From assembly GCF_036321535.1 (NCBI RefSeq), contig NC_087436.1, positions 49,416,001 through 49,480,000 of the forward strand: a stretch of 64,000 bases of DNA, read 5' to 3'. This DNA comes from Camelus dromedarius. Taxonomy: Eukaryota. Under the pieces are notes generated by a model that did not search any database, was not told the DNA's origin, and saw nothing but the letters and a program-made list of their open reading frames with translations. This document shows, one piece after another, positions 34,240 through 48,264 of this stretch (positions are counted from its first letter, which is position 1; each line of letters begins with the position of its first letter). The translations under genes were made by a program, and so were the position numbers.

Positions 34240-36900
34240 TTTTTTTAAATTAAAATACATAGATCATGTACTCAGCTTGATAAATTTTTATATATGTGTA
34301 TATCTATGTAAAACAATCTGGATCAAGTTTTAAAATATTTTGCTTTTTTTAGAAAGTTCCCTCATGCTCTTTCCAGTGAATAGCTATCCCTTTCCTCAAA
34401 AGAAACTGCTATTTTGACTTCTTATAAATTATTGTTGCCCATTACAGAAGTCTTTATAAATGAAATCATATAGTATTTAGTCTTATGTGTCTGACTTCTT
34501 TTGCTAAACATAATGTCAATGAGATTCATCCATTTTGTTGCACGGATGTTTGCCTTACTTTAATTTTTTATTTTTTATTGCTAAGTAGTATTCTCTTGTC
34601 TGAATTTACCTCAGTTGCTTTATCTATTCTCATGTTGCTAGATATTTGGATTATTCCTCATTTCTTTTTAAAAAAAATTTTAACTCGAAGTATAGTTGAT
34701 TTACAATATTATATTATTTTCAGGTGTACAACACAGTGATTCACTATTTTTATAGCTCATAGTCCATTTAAAGTTACTGCAAAATAATGGCTACATTTTC
34801 CTGTGCTGTACAATATATCCTTGTTGCTGTTTCTTCTTTCCTGATCAGTACTACCAGGATTTTATCAAATTTGTTAATTTTTTTCAAAGCTTTGCTGTGG
34901 CTTTGTTGATTTTCTCAATTGTCTCTATCTTTTATTACTCATTTATTTCTATTTAAAAAATTATGTTCTTCCTTTTATTTTCTTTGGATTTGATATCTTT
35001 CTAGTTTCTCGAGTTGCAGACTTAAGATTTTTGATTTTAAACTTTCTTCTAATTTAAATTTTATAAATTTTTCTTAAGTACTACTTTAATTGCATTCCTG
35101 AAATTTTATTGTTTGATTCTTATTCAATTCAAATACTTCCTAGTTTCCCTATGATTTCCTCTTCAATTTGTAAGTTCCTTAAAATGCAATGCTTAATTTC
35201 TAAGCAATTAGGAATTTTCTAGTTCTGTTTTTATTATTATTTGTTAGTATAATTTCACTGTGGTAAGAGAGCATATTCTGCACAATTTCAATGCATTGAA
35301 AAATTTGACTTGCTTTATTTACCAGCATATGATCTATTTTAGTAAGTGTTCCTTGTGCACTTAAACACTGTGTATTTTGAAGGTCTTTTGAATATAGTGT
35401 TTTTTATAAATGCAAATGTTGGTAAATCATGTTATGTAACTTTTCTACATCCTTACTATTTATTTATTTTGCTTAACCTATCAATTGCTAAAAAGGTGAA
35501 GTTCTCTATGATTGTAGAGTTGTTTATTTCTTTTTAACTGTAATTTTTGCTTCATTAGTTTTGAAAGTATGTTATTAGGTGTACACATGGGTGCATACAT
35601 ATAAACACTCATATTTAAGTCTTTCAGATGAATTGATTTTTTATCATTATAAAATATTCCTCTTTATATCTGGTAAGATCCTTTATTTTGGAGCCTACTT
35701 TATTTGATATTAATATAATCACAATAGCTTGTCTTCCCCCCAGTTAGGGTTTGCATAGCCTATCTCTTCCCATTCTGTAATTTTCTCCTTATCCAGGACA
35801 TTACATTTAAATTGTGTCTTTTGTAAATAGCATTTGATTGGGTCTTGTTTCTTTATGCAGTTTGACAATATTTTAATTGGAATGTTTTGTCCATTTACAT
35901 TTAATACAGTTACTACTCACATGGGTTTAAGTATATCATCTTGCTGTTTTGTTTTCTATTTGTTCCATCTGGGTTTTTGTTTTTGTTTTTTCTTTTGGTG
36001 CATTTATCCCTTTTCCCATTTTGGATGGAATACTTTTGGGGGGGGTGGTAATTAGGTTTATTTATTTATTTATTTTGTTAATGGAGATACTGGGGTTTGA
36101 ACCCAGGATGTCACACATGCTAAGCATGTACTCTACCATTGACCTATACCCTCCCCACCCTGACCAAGTATATTTTTATTATTGTACTGTGGCTTTTCTA
36201 CTAGATTATTCTTTGCATTATTTTTAGAGGTTAGTATAAACATTTATAATATATATCATTAATTTATCCTAGTTGACATTGAATTAATATTAAAATATTT
36301 CATCAATAATGTCAGAACCTTATATGGAATAATGCCATTTATCCCAACTCCTATTCTTTGTGTTTTGTCATTGTTTTAATTCTCTGTGTTTAAAAGCCAA
36401 AAATATATCATCATCATTGTTATTTTACTTTAAACATTCAATCATCTTTTATATTTTTACATTAATTCACATAGTCATTCTTTTCTGTGTTTTTCATCCC
36501 TTCCTGAATATTCAGTCTTCCATATAGAATCATTCCATTAAGCCTGAATAACTTCCTTTAGAGTTTTTTGTAGTGCTGGTCTGCTGGAAACACGTTTTAC
36601 TAACTTCAGTTTGCTTGACAATGTCTTTAATTTTCCTTCATTTTTAAAAAAAGTTTCACTGTGTATACAATTTTAGGTCGAGAGAATTATTTCCTTAAGT
36701 TTCCCTCTTTTGATGTTTTTTTCTTGCTTATGGGTCATGTTCCTGCTTTGTCCAATATCTTATAACTTTTTAAATGTATATCAGATACTTTGTATAAAAA
36801 ATAGTAGACATTTAAGTAGATAATGTTTATTCCTATGAAGGACATGGTCATTTTTCTTGTAGGCAATAATTGTGATCTCTTTGGCATAATCAATAGTTGA
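34240..36900 (-). mobile_element. Composite of old L1M fragments, with a younger L1 3' end at about 34675-34830
   Basis: Long T-rich antisense L1 text. GAAGTATAGTTGATTTACAATATTATATTATTTTCAGGTGTACAACACAGTGATTCA marks the younger insert. Confidence 0.78.
36034..36156 (-). mobile_element. Vic-1-like SINE (long form) nested in L1M
   Basis: GGTAATTAGGTTTATTTATTT...ATGGAGATACTGGGGTTTGAACCCAGG...CATGCTAAGCATGTACTCTACCATTGACCTATACCCTCCCC. Confidence 0.92.
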
Positions 36901-37204
36901 GTCGGGATAATAGTCTTTACCTATCACATTGATTAGATTTTTATTTGCTTTCTCACTTCTTAGAAAGTCTTTTGCCAGTCCAGGTTATTTTAAAAAGCTG
37001 CCTAAAGAAATCACCTGATGAAATTTTATTTGTTCTCTTATATGGTCTGCAATTAGCAAAGGGAATAAAAATCATCCCATTATCCTTAAAGATGGACTCA
37101 AAATCATTAAATACATCTTAAATGTATTCTGTTCATTGCTGTAGTTCATAGTGACATCATGATAATATGTACTCTTGTGGGCATCTGTATTTTTTTTTTT
37201 TTTT

Positions 37205-37692
37205 TTTTGGCTACTCAGTGTGTAATTGTCCTTCCTGTTTGGAGGAATTGTCCATCGTATAGATTTGTGGGATGTAAAGCCTACTTCTCTTTACCTCCCT
37301 ATCACTACTACCAATAAACTGAGGTATAGGTTCATGAACTAGGCTCAGATATCTGGATGCTTGCACCCAGAATTTTGAAAGTGGAGGTAGTGAAACAGGA
37401 AGTAGAAATCATTTAAAAGTATTGAGAGTCCAGTGGGGGCAGCACCACATGTTCACAATGGTGACATCCAATAGCATAGACAAGGTAACTGGACTATTCG
37501 TGTGGTTTAGCTTTAGTCTTGGTTTTGCTGCCCTGAATCCATTGGTTCCTGCCCATTTTCTAAGCCTATTTCTCCATCCAGCCTTCTCCTTAATTCTGTA
37601 ATCCACCCACATTTTATTAATGCATTTCTTTTCTGACTAACTTAGCCACAATTGGTTTTAGTGGCTTACAAGAAAGAAATCTCATTGATACA
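37205..37692 (+). mobile_element. MLT1K/L-like MaLR LTR (degenerate)
   Basis: 3' end CTTTTCTGACTAACTTAGCCACAATTGGTTTTAGTGGCTTACAAGAAAGAAATCTCATTGATACA. Confidence 0.5.
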
Positions 37693-39719
37693 GGAATCTT
37701 CTAAATAACAGGTACCTATTCTAGATGCCAAGGTCATAGAGATAAAAAGATATGGTTTCTGATTGCAGAAAAGTACAATATAATGAGGAGCTGGATACAC
37801 TACACAAGGAATTTACAAGAGTATGTATAATGATATATAGGGACTGTGATGGAGGTATGTGTGAGGACGAGAGGAGTAGAGAAAGAAGTCCCTATGCTTG
37901 CTCAGGGGGTCAGGCACAAAGTGGAGACTCTGGAACTGAGGAGAGACATCTGGCAGAGGAAAGGAGTCACGCAGAGGAGTGGGGGAAGGGACTCTAGACA
38001 GAAGGGAGAGCCTGGGCTCGAAGAGAACTGTATCAGGGAATACTGAAAAGTCACTAAGACAATGGGATAGATACCTGGCGGCAGAATGGCAGGAGGGAGG
38101 GAAGACTAACCATGTGGATGGATGCCACACTAAGGGGTTTAGAACTTGGAGAAAAGATTGGAATGCTGTTAGAAAGATTTTTCTAAAATGAAAGTGTGGA
38201 TGAGAATGATCCAAGAGGTAAAGAAATCAGTTAAGACTGTGGTGTTTCTCTTAGTAAATTTCATATTTTAGAGGGCTGAAGAAACATCTCTCTTCACAGC
38301 ACCTCCTACGTTCTTTTTGCACAATCACAAGTATAATGTCTCAATAGCAGACTAGACTTTTTAGACTTCCAGTTATTAAGAACCAACACATAAATCTCTT
38401 TTATCTTACAGGGTCCTAGGTTTATTTGTCATGGTATTCCCATTCTATCTCATCCCTTCATGTGTTATTGGAAAGCAATACAAAAAATTACTTCATTTGT
38501 AGGCATGTTAGAAATTTGCAGTATCTTCCAACAAATTGAAGGGTCAGTATCTTGATTGTGCATGTTGCTACTGCATTGCCAAAGGGATGGGTGAAAGCAG
38601 AAGTGAGTGAAGGGCAGCAATTAGACAGAAGCAAATGACTAAAGAGGTAAATGTGCATAGGATTAAGGAGTTACAGATAATGAGATAGTGATGGTATAAC
38701 TGAAAGCAACAGGATGTCTCAAAAAATTTAATAGAAGATAATGATCAAAGCAAAGAGGTTCCTGTATACAGAAGGCAACATACATCCATATGTTGCAGAA
38801 CATAAATTCTGAAAGTGAAAGTTTTTACCCCCTCCAGTTACTGTGTTCCCTTCTTGTTCTGGGCTGGGCTACAGCCAGAGGGATAATGAGGAACAATCAT
38901 GCTCATGTCCTTTCTTGCTAAAGCCAACAAGGAGAAGCCATGGTATACATTGAGTTTTAGTTGCCAGAGCAATCCTGAAGTTCTGTTCTAACACACGTGG
39001 TAGCTGAAACAATGTGGAAGGAGAATGTAGGGTTGGCAGTGAGAGGATGAGCAGGGATGGTAGGAAGGGAGAGAAGAGGAGAGCAAGGGAATGAGAGGAG
39101 AGGAGGAAGAAGTGAACAAAGAGAAGGAGAAAAAGGGAAGTAAGGAGAGTCTCATAAGGCAGGGAAAGAAGATAATTCAACTCAAAAGAAAATAATAAAT
39201 TGAACTAATTCCAGCTACTGACTGGTTTAAATGAGAATTATGGGTTAGCCAGGTGTCTACACACTGTTTATAGCAATTGTTCCAGCATTGCTCAATGTTT
39301 GCTGAATTAAAACAATCTAAATAAACTTTTGGATTTTAAAGAGAAAGGGGAAGGGGAAGGCTATTGAGAATGAAAAAGAGCTGCTGCAAGAAAAGATGAT
39401 GGAAATTATAAAACATGATTGCTCTAAAATAGGAAGCAAATCATTTATAATATATGAGGTGAAAACCAGGAAGTTTGGATGAAAAAGGTTAAGGCTCAGA
39501 GAAGCTTCATTGCCAGTGTTGTCTGCAACATTTAACGTCACAGAAGTGTAGAAATTAAACTCTTCCCTGTAGAAAGCACAGCTGTACAGTGCCTCTGTGA
39601 TATCAGTTTTGTTGGAAACTGTAGACTAGGGAAGTGTAATTTTTTGGGGTGCTATTTACTTTGTATCTTATTATGGGATTTAAAAACTAATGTTTAATGC
39701 ATCTTGGTTTAGTAAAAGC

Positions 39720-40680
39720 AGAGTTGGCCATGGCTTTAAAGTATACACAGATATTCTGAAAGGATACCTACTTGCTAACAGTGGCAAATTCTGACAGTGG
39801 GAGTGTCGTTGTGGGATGAGCAATGTTTTCATCTTTTACTTCACACATTTTTGTAATATATGGTAAAGTTAACATTTTAAACAGTTTTTATCTTCTTTGC
39901 CTCTCTTACCTAACCATACTTAAAGTTTTTCTTGAGATTACAAAATGGATACATGCATATATTAATCCCAAACTCCTAATCTATCTCTCCGCCTGCTTTC
40001 TCACCCCTGGTAAGCACAGTTTGTTTACTATGTCCATGAGTCTATTTCTGGTTTGTAAGTAAAATTTGTATCTTAAAAAAAGCAAAGTGGAAACACACTT
40101 GTAAAAATTTATAGTAATTTATGTAATCAGTTCCTATGGACAAATTTTAGGTTTTTTTTTTTTTTGCTATGACAATCACTGTTAAGGTGGTCATACTTGT
40201 ATGTTTCATTTATGTTTATATATTACTGTAGGATAAATTCATAGAAGCAGAATTCCTGGGTCAAAGCGATTGTGAACTTTTGAGAAATACTACTAAATAC
40301 TTTGTTGAAATGTTACAGCAATTTATACTTCCCAAAAGTATAAATAGTCCATGATCACGCTAATTTCACCAAGACTATATTAATATTCTTTTAAATCTTG
40401 CCTAGCTTATAAGTAAAATTGATATGAGGTCAGGAATAGTTTCATATGCTTAACAGCAGTTATGTTATTTAAAAAAGAAGTTGATTTGCAAATACTTTCT
40501 ATGCAAAGTGGTATTTACCTTTTACCATACGCCCTGAAAATATCTTCTCCAGTGTGTAGTGTCTTTGACCTTTGTTTATAGTGTCCCTTCATATAAAAGT
40601 ATTCTGGTTTTATGAAGTCAAATGTGAGAATATTTTTTTCTTTAGAGCTTCTGGGTTTCATATCATCATTAGGAAGAATT
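39720..40680. mobile_element. Cluster of decayed L1 3' fragments in both orientations
   Basis: AATCCCAAACTCCTAATCTATC...TATGTCCATGAGTCTATTTCTG (artiodactyl L1 3' antisense) and GTAGGATAAATTCATAGAAGCAGAATTCCTGGGTCAAAG (L1M antisense). Confidence 0.65.
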
Positions 40681-43600
40681 ATAGAAATATTCTCATCTAC
40701 ATCACTGCCATCTTAGTAAATAATGGAGACTCAAAAACTGGGTTAAAAATCCATAGGACTATATACAGAGCTATAGTTAGTCAAGCTGACAGAAACCATT
40801 AGTCATTTAAAAATTATTAAAAACATCTCTCCTATCTTGTGTGCATTATTTCTTCCTTAATTTTCCAACACTACAGTCTTTAGCAACTATTACATGCTAA
40901 TCAGAAGGCTAAGTGTAAAAATTAAAAGATATTTCTATGATTAAAAAAACAAAGAAAAGAATAAAATCTCATTTTACAATTCCTATCATGAATAAAGTAC
41001 ATGGTGCTTTCTGTTTTTAGAAAGAAGGTTATGTTGTACAGGCCATTTACTGGCATATCATTTTATTTCCATTTAACGACTTAGTCAAGATGCAGATATA
41101 TATTTTGTGTCAGCAACACTGTGAGTAACAGTTACTGATTGTCCATTTCTGCGTGGACCATTGCCATAAAGGGACTGCTGGGTATCAACCTCACTATAGA
41201 ATAAGCTACTCCATGTTTCCCCAAAGGAATATGGGATCACCAAGTTTTAAAGAGAGAGAAATATAAATTGCTATCAGTTAACTCAGTCTGGTCATCTCAC
41301 GTAGTTGTGTCTGCCCATTTTCCTACCCCAATATATACAAACAATACCTGTCCGTAAAGACTCAGCACAAGAACACTTTCCTCTGTGAGACGTATTTTAG
41401 TCTCTCTATCCAGGATTCATTGTTTCCGTTTTCTGGATTCTCATAACCCTTTGTGTATACCACTCTTCCCCAAGTAGCTCTGCCTGTCTTGTTTCCCAGT
41501 TATTTAAGTAGCCATTATTTATTCCTATTAGAATGTAAACTCACTGGGGGAAAGATGTTTTTTAAATCAACTTTGCAGTTCTTCATAGTGCTTATTACGA
41601 TGACTTTACTCATTTGAATGGGTAAAAACAGAATTAAAATAGATTGGGGAGACACATGGAAATTAAAATTAGAACTCAAGAAAATGAAAAGTTTTAGAAT
41701 AAGGAAGGAGGACCCATAAAATTGCTGAAAAGCTGATAGCTAACTCAGGTAATGTAGCTGAAATAGCTAGCAAACAGAAAAACAAACAAACAAACTTAGG
41801 CTTCCTTGCTTTTGCTGTGTAACTATTAAAAAAATCATCTCAGACAACTATGACTTACAGTGGCCTGTTCTGCTTATTTGAGAGAGTATTTAATAACCAA
41901 CTCCCTCCCCACTAAAAGAAAACATTTTATTTTATAAATTAAAATTTTTGTTCAAGTCACAGAAAATAAGACACACAAAATAGTTCACTGAACTAGGAGG
42001 AAGAGAAAATTAATATGCCTAACAACTGATTTGTATTTTAAAATTTATAGTTATTCTTTCCATCAGGGTGGTATTTGTCATTCTTCACATCGGTATGATT
42101 CAGGCAAGTCCATACTTCGTACAAATACAATTAATCTTTATTGACTTTTTTAGTATGAATTTTCAGTCTAATATAGTAACTGTAGAGCAAAAAAAAAGAT
42201 GTTTTATATTAAAACAGAATTTAATCTTCTCAAATAGGAGCTAAAATTATGTTTTATATTGTCATTTTATTTCAACCACAGGGACTGGCTTTGGGATTCT
42301 TTGAAATGTATTTTGAAGCTGCAGACCTCCTGGATAGCTGGTATGGGTGTGCTTAAATCAAAGCAATGTGATTTTCTTCAAGGAAAAATAGCTAATTAAG
42401 GTGCTATCATTCCTCAATCATCAACAGAGAATAGCCAATAATTGACTTGGGAAAGGAGAGAGAACCCTACATAAATTGGCACTGATATTTTTATTTTTTT
42501 ATTTTATTGAATCTGTCACCTGATGATTAACACAGAAATTCCTCTAGCAATTATGGACTTTCTTATAAATGACTGTCTCATAATTTACAGCTTGCCAGGA
42601 GCAGCTTCAACTCAAACATATGTGTAATTCACTCTTCTCGCTCATTTCTATCACAGTTTCCCTCCAGTCCAGATCCTCTCCCACATGTGAAATGCTTCAC
42701 ACTGAGAGTATATGGTCCTCTTTGCCAGAAAAACTGACCTATCATATAGAGAATACCATAGCTGGTTTCCCAGAGTGCATTCTAATGGAAAATAAGAATC
42801 TTCAGGAATTTCATAGTCACTCTCACACTCTAAGGATTAGGTTCCTCTAAGGAGGATTTTAGCCTCCTACCTCCTTCTACCAGTTTTTACCTCCCCATTT
42901 TTTTTTTTAAACTATCAGAATTATGGGCACATAACTCAGTCAATAAATTTTAATTTTAGTTCCTTTTCTATTTATATTTCTTCTCCTCTAGTAGGTACTC
43001 CAATGATCTGTGAAATGTCCAAAATATGGGTATTAAAAAATAAAAGAAAAAATGACTGGAGACCATGAAAACTCCAAACCCTTCCCTGAACGCTAAGTAG
43101 TCGAATGTAGAACCATTTTAAAATTTGCCTTTAAAAGATACATAACTTAGCTGTAATATAGCTCTTATCTTTATTAGGAGTAACACTTACTTTATTATTA
43201 AATGGTCTTATTCTTTTCCTGTTGCATGTGATAGTGGTGGGCAGAAGAAAAGCAGATAGCCATGTTCATAGTAGTGGCCCATGAGGCAGTAGGTTACACT
43301 CCCAGGAAGATAATTTGTTTGCTACAGATGTATTGCATGTCTACATTATTCAATGCACTGTACCTTGTCAGGCTTCCCACAGACATGGGGAGAAGGTAGG
43401 GAATAAGAGTAGGGAAAGAGTATAATGAATAGACAAAGATATTGCAGAAGACGGATCACAAAGGGCTAGCCAGGGAGCTGTAAAAATGGAGCCAAAGGGA
43501 CTGGTCTGAGGCCAATGCTTAGTTGCTATTCATTTGGTTAAAATTTTCCAGTCATCTACGATCGGCTAGGCTATGGAGCAGGGTTCCAGGAATAGAGCAG

Positions 43601-44229
43601 GAAATACAAGAGAGTCACTGTATTTCCCACTCAGAGTTTACAGTCTAGCATAGAGCTAGGAAGAAGTACCAGTAGAAGAAGAGAGAGTTGGTCATGAGGA
43701 CCGAACAAAGCCTGGTAAGAACTGGGAAAATAATCTTCAAGTCCAAAGCCCTAAGTGTAAATGTTCCTTTTATACTACCCATACTACCCTACTGTGGCTT
43801 TATCAAGCTGAGGACACTGAGTCAACTGGCAGAGAGATAAGGAGATAACTAAGACAGTCCTTGAATGCAGGCATTTAAATCTAGAGAATGCCACATGCAG
43901 TATACAAGGATGACTATATTACAAAGCAGTATGTGATTAATGCCATTAGAGAAGGAGGAGATTTGAAATGTACTGAGTGCCACTACACTGGCTTCATCAT
44001 ACTGTCTTCAGTGCCCAGTGTTCCTTCTTTGGTAAAGCTGCCTTTCCCTTAGCTGTCAACTCAGAGAAGCAACAATGGGCTGTTTTTGCACAGATCTGGC
44101 CAATGCATACCTGCACCAAATCAGCCGGTCTATACCCAGCCGGTAATATATGATGAAGCCTGGCCTGAAAATATGAATTGACCAATTGGACTATTTTTCA
44201 ATGGAATTGAGCTTAAAGCCACTAATTAG

Positions 44230-45240
44230 CATGAGGAGGTAAACATGAAGTCACAAATCAGAGTTGAACGGGACTGTGCTGTCCATGAAAGAAACAGGAA
44301 CAGTGGGATCTGGTTGAGCCCAGTCCTGGATGTCAAGGAGGCCCCTGAGCTCCCCTCCTCCATCTGACTTATGAGACGATGACTTACCACTGCAAGACGG
44401 TATGAGGATGACAAGAACAGACTGGGAAGAATAGTGCTGGTAGAAACCTGAACTGGTTCAGGAAAGAACAGAAGGGCGAAAATTCAAAGCAGCAAATACA
44501 TAGAACTATTTCAATGAGTTTTTTGTGAAGGGAAGGTGAGAAGTGGAGCAGTGATGGAGGAAAAAGAGGGGTCAGGAGAGGAAGGTTTTTTAAGATGGGG
44601 AAAATAACAGCATAGTTTAATGTTGGCAAGAAAGAGTCAGTAGAGAGGGGAAGAATGATGATGCAGGGAAACGGGATGGAGTTCCTAGAGCGATGTCCTT
44701 GAGCAAATGAGAGGGGTTAGAACTGGTTGACCTGTGGCGTTCACCCTTCATAATGGCAAGAAAACAGAGGACTTGGGGCCAGGTGCCTGTATGTAGGTAA
44801 CTGTGGCAATGAGAGGTTGAAGTTCTCATGGTTTTTATTTTCTCTGTGACATTGGAAACAGCCCAAGCAACTTGAAGGGAAAGAAGGAACAGAAAATGTT
44901 AAGAGAGAGGATGAGGTATGAAATTGTTGAGTGAAAGAAAGAAGGGACTGAAGAAATGTGATGGTAGCATCCAGGCTCACTGGATGGTCAGTGATCATGA
45001 ATTTAAAGTGAAACCATCAAAGTCAGCTGTATTGTGGGTCTGGACCAGGGGTGGACTTGGCTTTAGTCATGCTGTGATTAGCCAAGGGAGGCCTGCCCAG
45101 GGAGATGGATGTGGGAGAATGGTGGGGGTGAAAAGGAATGACTATAGCAACTGACCACGGAATTTAACCTCATCAGGGGAAATGCAAAGTTGTGAGGGGG
45201 TGAAAATGAAAAGGTAGTAGGTCGGGGCCCAAGCAGTGGG
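44230..45240 (-). mobile_element. L2 LINE body fragment
   Basis: Purine-rich antisense L2, e.g. GGTTTTTTAAGATGGGGAAAATAACAGCATAGTTTAATGTTG. Confidence 0.65.
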
Positions 45241-45354
45241 AGTGAGTGGCTAAGGTAGGACAGAGCACAAGATCCCTGCAAGAGAGGAAGCCAACCAGCA
45301 GCTTTCACATTCTACTAAAATTATCTGTTTATATGCCTGTTTCTCCGACTAGGT

Positions 45355-45577
45355 CAGGGCATCTCAACCTTGGCACTATTATTTTGGATGGTATAATTCT
45401 TTGTTGGGGTCGGAAGAGCTGTTCCATTTATACTGTAGGATGTTTATTTAACAACTTCACTGGCTTCTACTCACTTGATGTCAGTAGCACTGTCCCGGTG
45501 GTGACAATCAAAAAATGTCTCCAGACAAGCCAAATGTCCCCTGGGAGACAAAATCAACCTTGGGTGAGAACCATGCC
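45355..45577. mobile_element. MER20 hAT-Charlie MITE
   Basis: TCTCAACCTTGGCACTATT...ATAATTCTTTGTTGGGG...GTGACAATCAAAAAATGTCTCCAGACAAGCCAAATGTCCCCTGGG...TGAGAACC. Confidence 0.9.
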
Positions 45578-46075
45578 GCTGGACCACAGGCTTCTTAATA
45601 GGGGGTCCACTTTATTCATTATTATATTCCCAATGTTTAAAAAATACTTGGGTGCACAGTGAAAACTCAATAGATGTCTAGTAATACTTCCAGGGGAAAA
45701 GAAATGCGGGGAAGGGAGGAAGAAAAGGGTGACCTTCTCTGACCACTCAACATAAAATAGCCTCTAAGAGAAACACTAAAAATCAACAGAGCTCATTCAG
45801 ACTATCAAGGGATTTAACAAATTTTTAAATTGAAGTCCCTCTGTGATATTTTGAGGAAATAGAAAAATGTTCCTATAATTTCTTAGAAAGGAAAGCCTAC
45901 ACAAATAACCAGAAAATTTTTGATAGTGTATTGGAAGTGTGGAGATAGAGGGGATGGTGGTTAGGAAAAATAAGAGATTACCAAAACCAAAAAAGATAGA
46001 TAGAGCCACTGAAAAAAAAAAAAAAAAAGATGTGTGATAAGCTTAAGACTTTTAGTAATAGTGAGTAAGATGCTT

Positions 46076-46613
46076 TGTTGAAAGTCTCCCAAGATCACCC
46101 CCAGGTTTGGTGGTTTGCTTGGAAAATTTGTAAGACTCAGCATATAGTCATACTCAGCTAAGATTATTACAGAAAAAGCCTACCACGCTCAATTGGCAAA
46201 GGGAAAAGGCCCATGGGATGAAGTCCGGGGAAAACTGGGTATAAGTTCCAAAGGGTCCTCTCCCAGTGGAGTAACACAGGATGTGCTGAATTCCCCCGAC
46301 ATGAGTTGTGACCCCTCCTTGGTAGCTGTTGCCAACCAGGAAGCTTGATAAAAGCTTAGTGCCAGGGGTTTTTATTGGAGGCACCCTCTGCCTGACACCC
46401 AAATTCCAAACACCCAGAGGGAAAGCAGGTGTTCAGGAAGAACCACATTGTCTGAACAGCTGAGGTACAATGAGCCACTTTTATCAGTTTTGGAAACAGT
46501 TCCCCCTGCTTCCCTGAAATCTAACCTCCCAGATACCAACCAAGGGTCAACCTTGTAAGCAGGACTCTCAAGGAATAGAAATCAGGTCTACTGTGTTAAC
46601 TCATTTCTGCACA
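46076..46613 (-). mobile_element. MER21-like ERVL solo LTR
   Basis: TG...CA termini. Reverse complement begins TGTGCAGAAATGAGTTAACACAGTAGACCT as in MER21A/B; internal GTCCTCTCCCAGTGGAGTAACACAGGA. Confidence 0.85.
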
Positions 46614-47439
46614 GGGGATTTATATTACACATGACATAGAAAAACAATACCATTTCTGTTTAATCTCTATTTTCAAAATTCTTAATCTCCTGATCAAATT
46701 CCTCATTTTTCATCTTTTTTCTAAACCAATCTGCAAAGAAAGAAATGTCTCTAGTCCAGCATTGCACAGCTCTGCATACCCTGTTTCTCTAAACAGCAGT
46801 TCAGGGACCATTTATTGTTCATAAGCAATGCTGCCAGGATACAAAACTCTACCTCTTACTCCAAACGGCCAAGAAAACAAAATATTTTCCATGTTAGTTC
46901 ATATAGGAAACAAAAGGGGGTCTTTGGGTAATATTTAAGAAAACTTTGGACACCCTGTCAGAGATCTTTCAACCTTCGAGCAAAATACACTTAATAGAAT
47001 AAACCATATGGAAAATACATTTTAGAATGAAAATATACATAATAGAATGAAAACAGGGTTTACTGCAGCAAAAATATTAACCCTAGTTGCTTCAACTGTT
47101 GACCAGATTAAAACAATTATCCAATTATTAAAAATCCTGTCTCAAAAAAGAAATAATTCATATGATTGACAATCCTGACTATGAAGAATTTATCAGTCAG
47201 GGTTGCTCTCTGTGGGCCACCCAAGGGAATGGAGAGGCTGCAGGAATGAGAAATGCTGACTGCTCTCTGTGACCACTCCTTGATCAATTAAAATTCCCTG
47301 TTAAAGAAGCTCTAATAAAATGCAAGTGAGCGACAATGTGTATTTTAGGAAAATTTTGAAAGACACTCATATTTTTAAAAAGGTAATTCGTTTGTTAGCT
47401 CCACAGTTACTAATAGCATGGAATCAGACCATAATTAAA

Positions 47440-47632
47440 GTCCCAAAGTTTTTACCCACTGTCAGTAGCTAAATGACAATTTCTCTAAGCTTCAATTCCC
47501 TCATCTGTAAAATGGGAGTAGTAGTAGTGCTGACTTCCTAGGTTTGGAGTAGTAAAACAGATAATGCAGGTAAGCACCTAGCCCGGCCTCGGAGCACAGG
47601 TCCCTAGTGTGGTCTCAATAAATTTCAGCTCT
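47440..47632 (+). mobile_element. MIR SINE
   Basis: TCTCTAAGCTTCAATTCCCTCATCTGTAAAATGGGAGTAGTAGTAGTGC. Confidence 0.75.
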
Positions 47633-48264
47633 TGTTTTAGTGACACCTTATATGCTATTGCTATTTAACTATCCAAGTGCTTATTTAAAACACTTCCGAC
47701 ACCAGACCTTGCTCTAGGTATTAGGATTATACAATGAACACGATAGTCATGGCTACTCTATCCTCACAGTGCTAAGAATCTAACAGGCAATGAAGTATGT
47801 GATTATAATAAGCGATAACTACTCTGATAAGCAAAAGTAACAAATCACTGAGACATAACCCATAAATTACTGAGCTATATCAGTGTGTTAGAGTCTGGCT
47901 TTAGGAACCTCTAAATGAGCATACAGGACATCTGGGTCTATCCCATTTTGTAAAAACAGCAGTAAAAGTAATCTTATAAATGACCATGTATGTTGTATGT
48001 TGTTGACCATGTAAAAGACGAGTACCAGTTTATTCAGTGTCTTGGCGTGAGGAAAAGGTGGTACTTTGTACAGCTTTCCCTAGGTTCACAGATCGAGGCT
48101 AACACGTTACTTTTGAGATTTGAGAAAATTTTAATTTAAAAAAGTTTTAAGAGGATTTCCATATAGGGAGATAACTTAAAGATGATTACAAAAGTCCTCA
48201 GAAGAAATGAGGTATGTCCCACCAAGGTACTGGAGGAAGAGAAGAAACAAAAAAGATAATTCTA

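Noticed and set aside
39040..39180. Purine-rich GA tract and the 103-aa Leu/Ser/Phe-rich minus ORF over it
   Set aside because: Low-complexity sequence with no regular unit; the ORF composition is a by-product.
46982..47055. Three imperfect AAAATACA..TAGAAT units
   Set aside because: AT-rich and degenerate; plausibly slippage, with no evidence of function.
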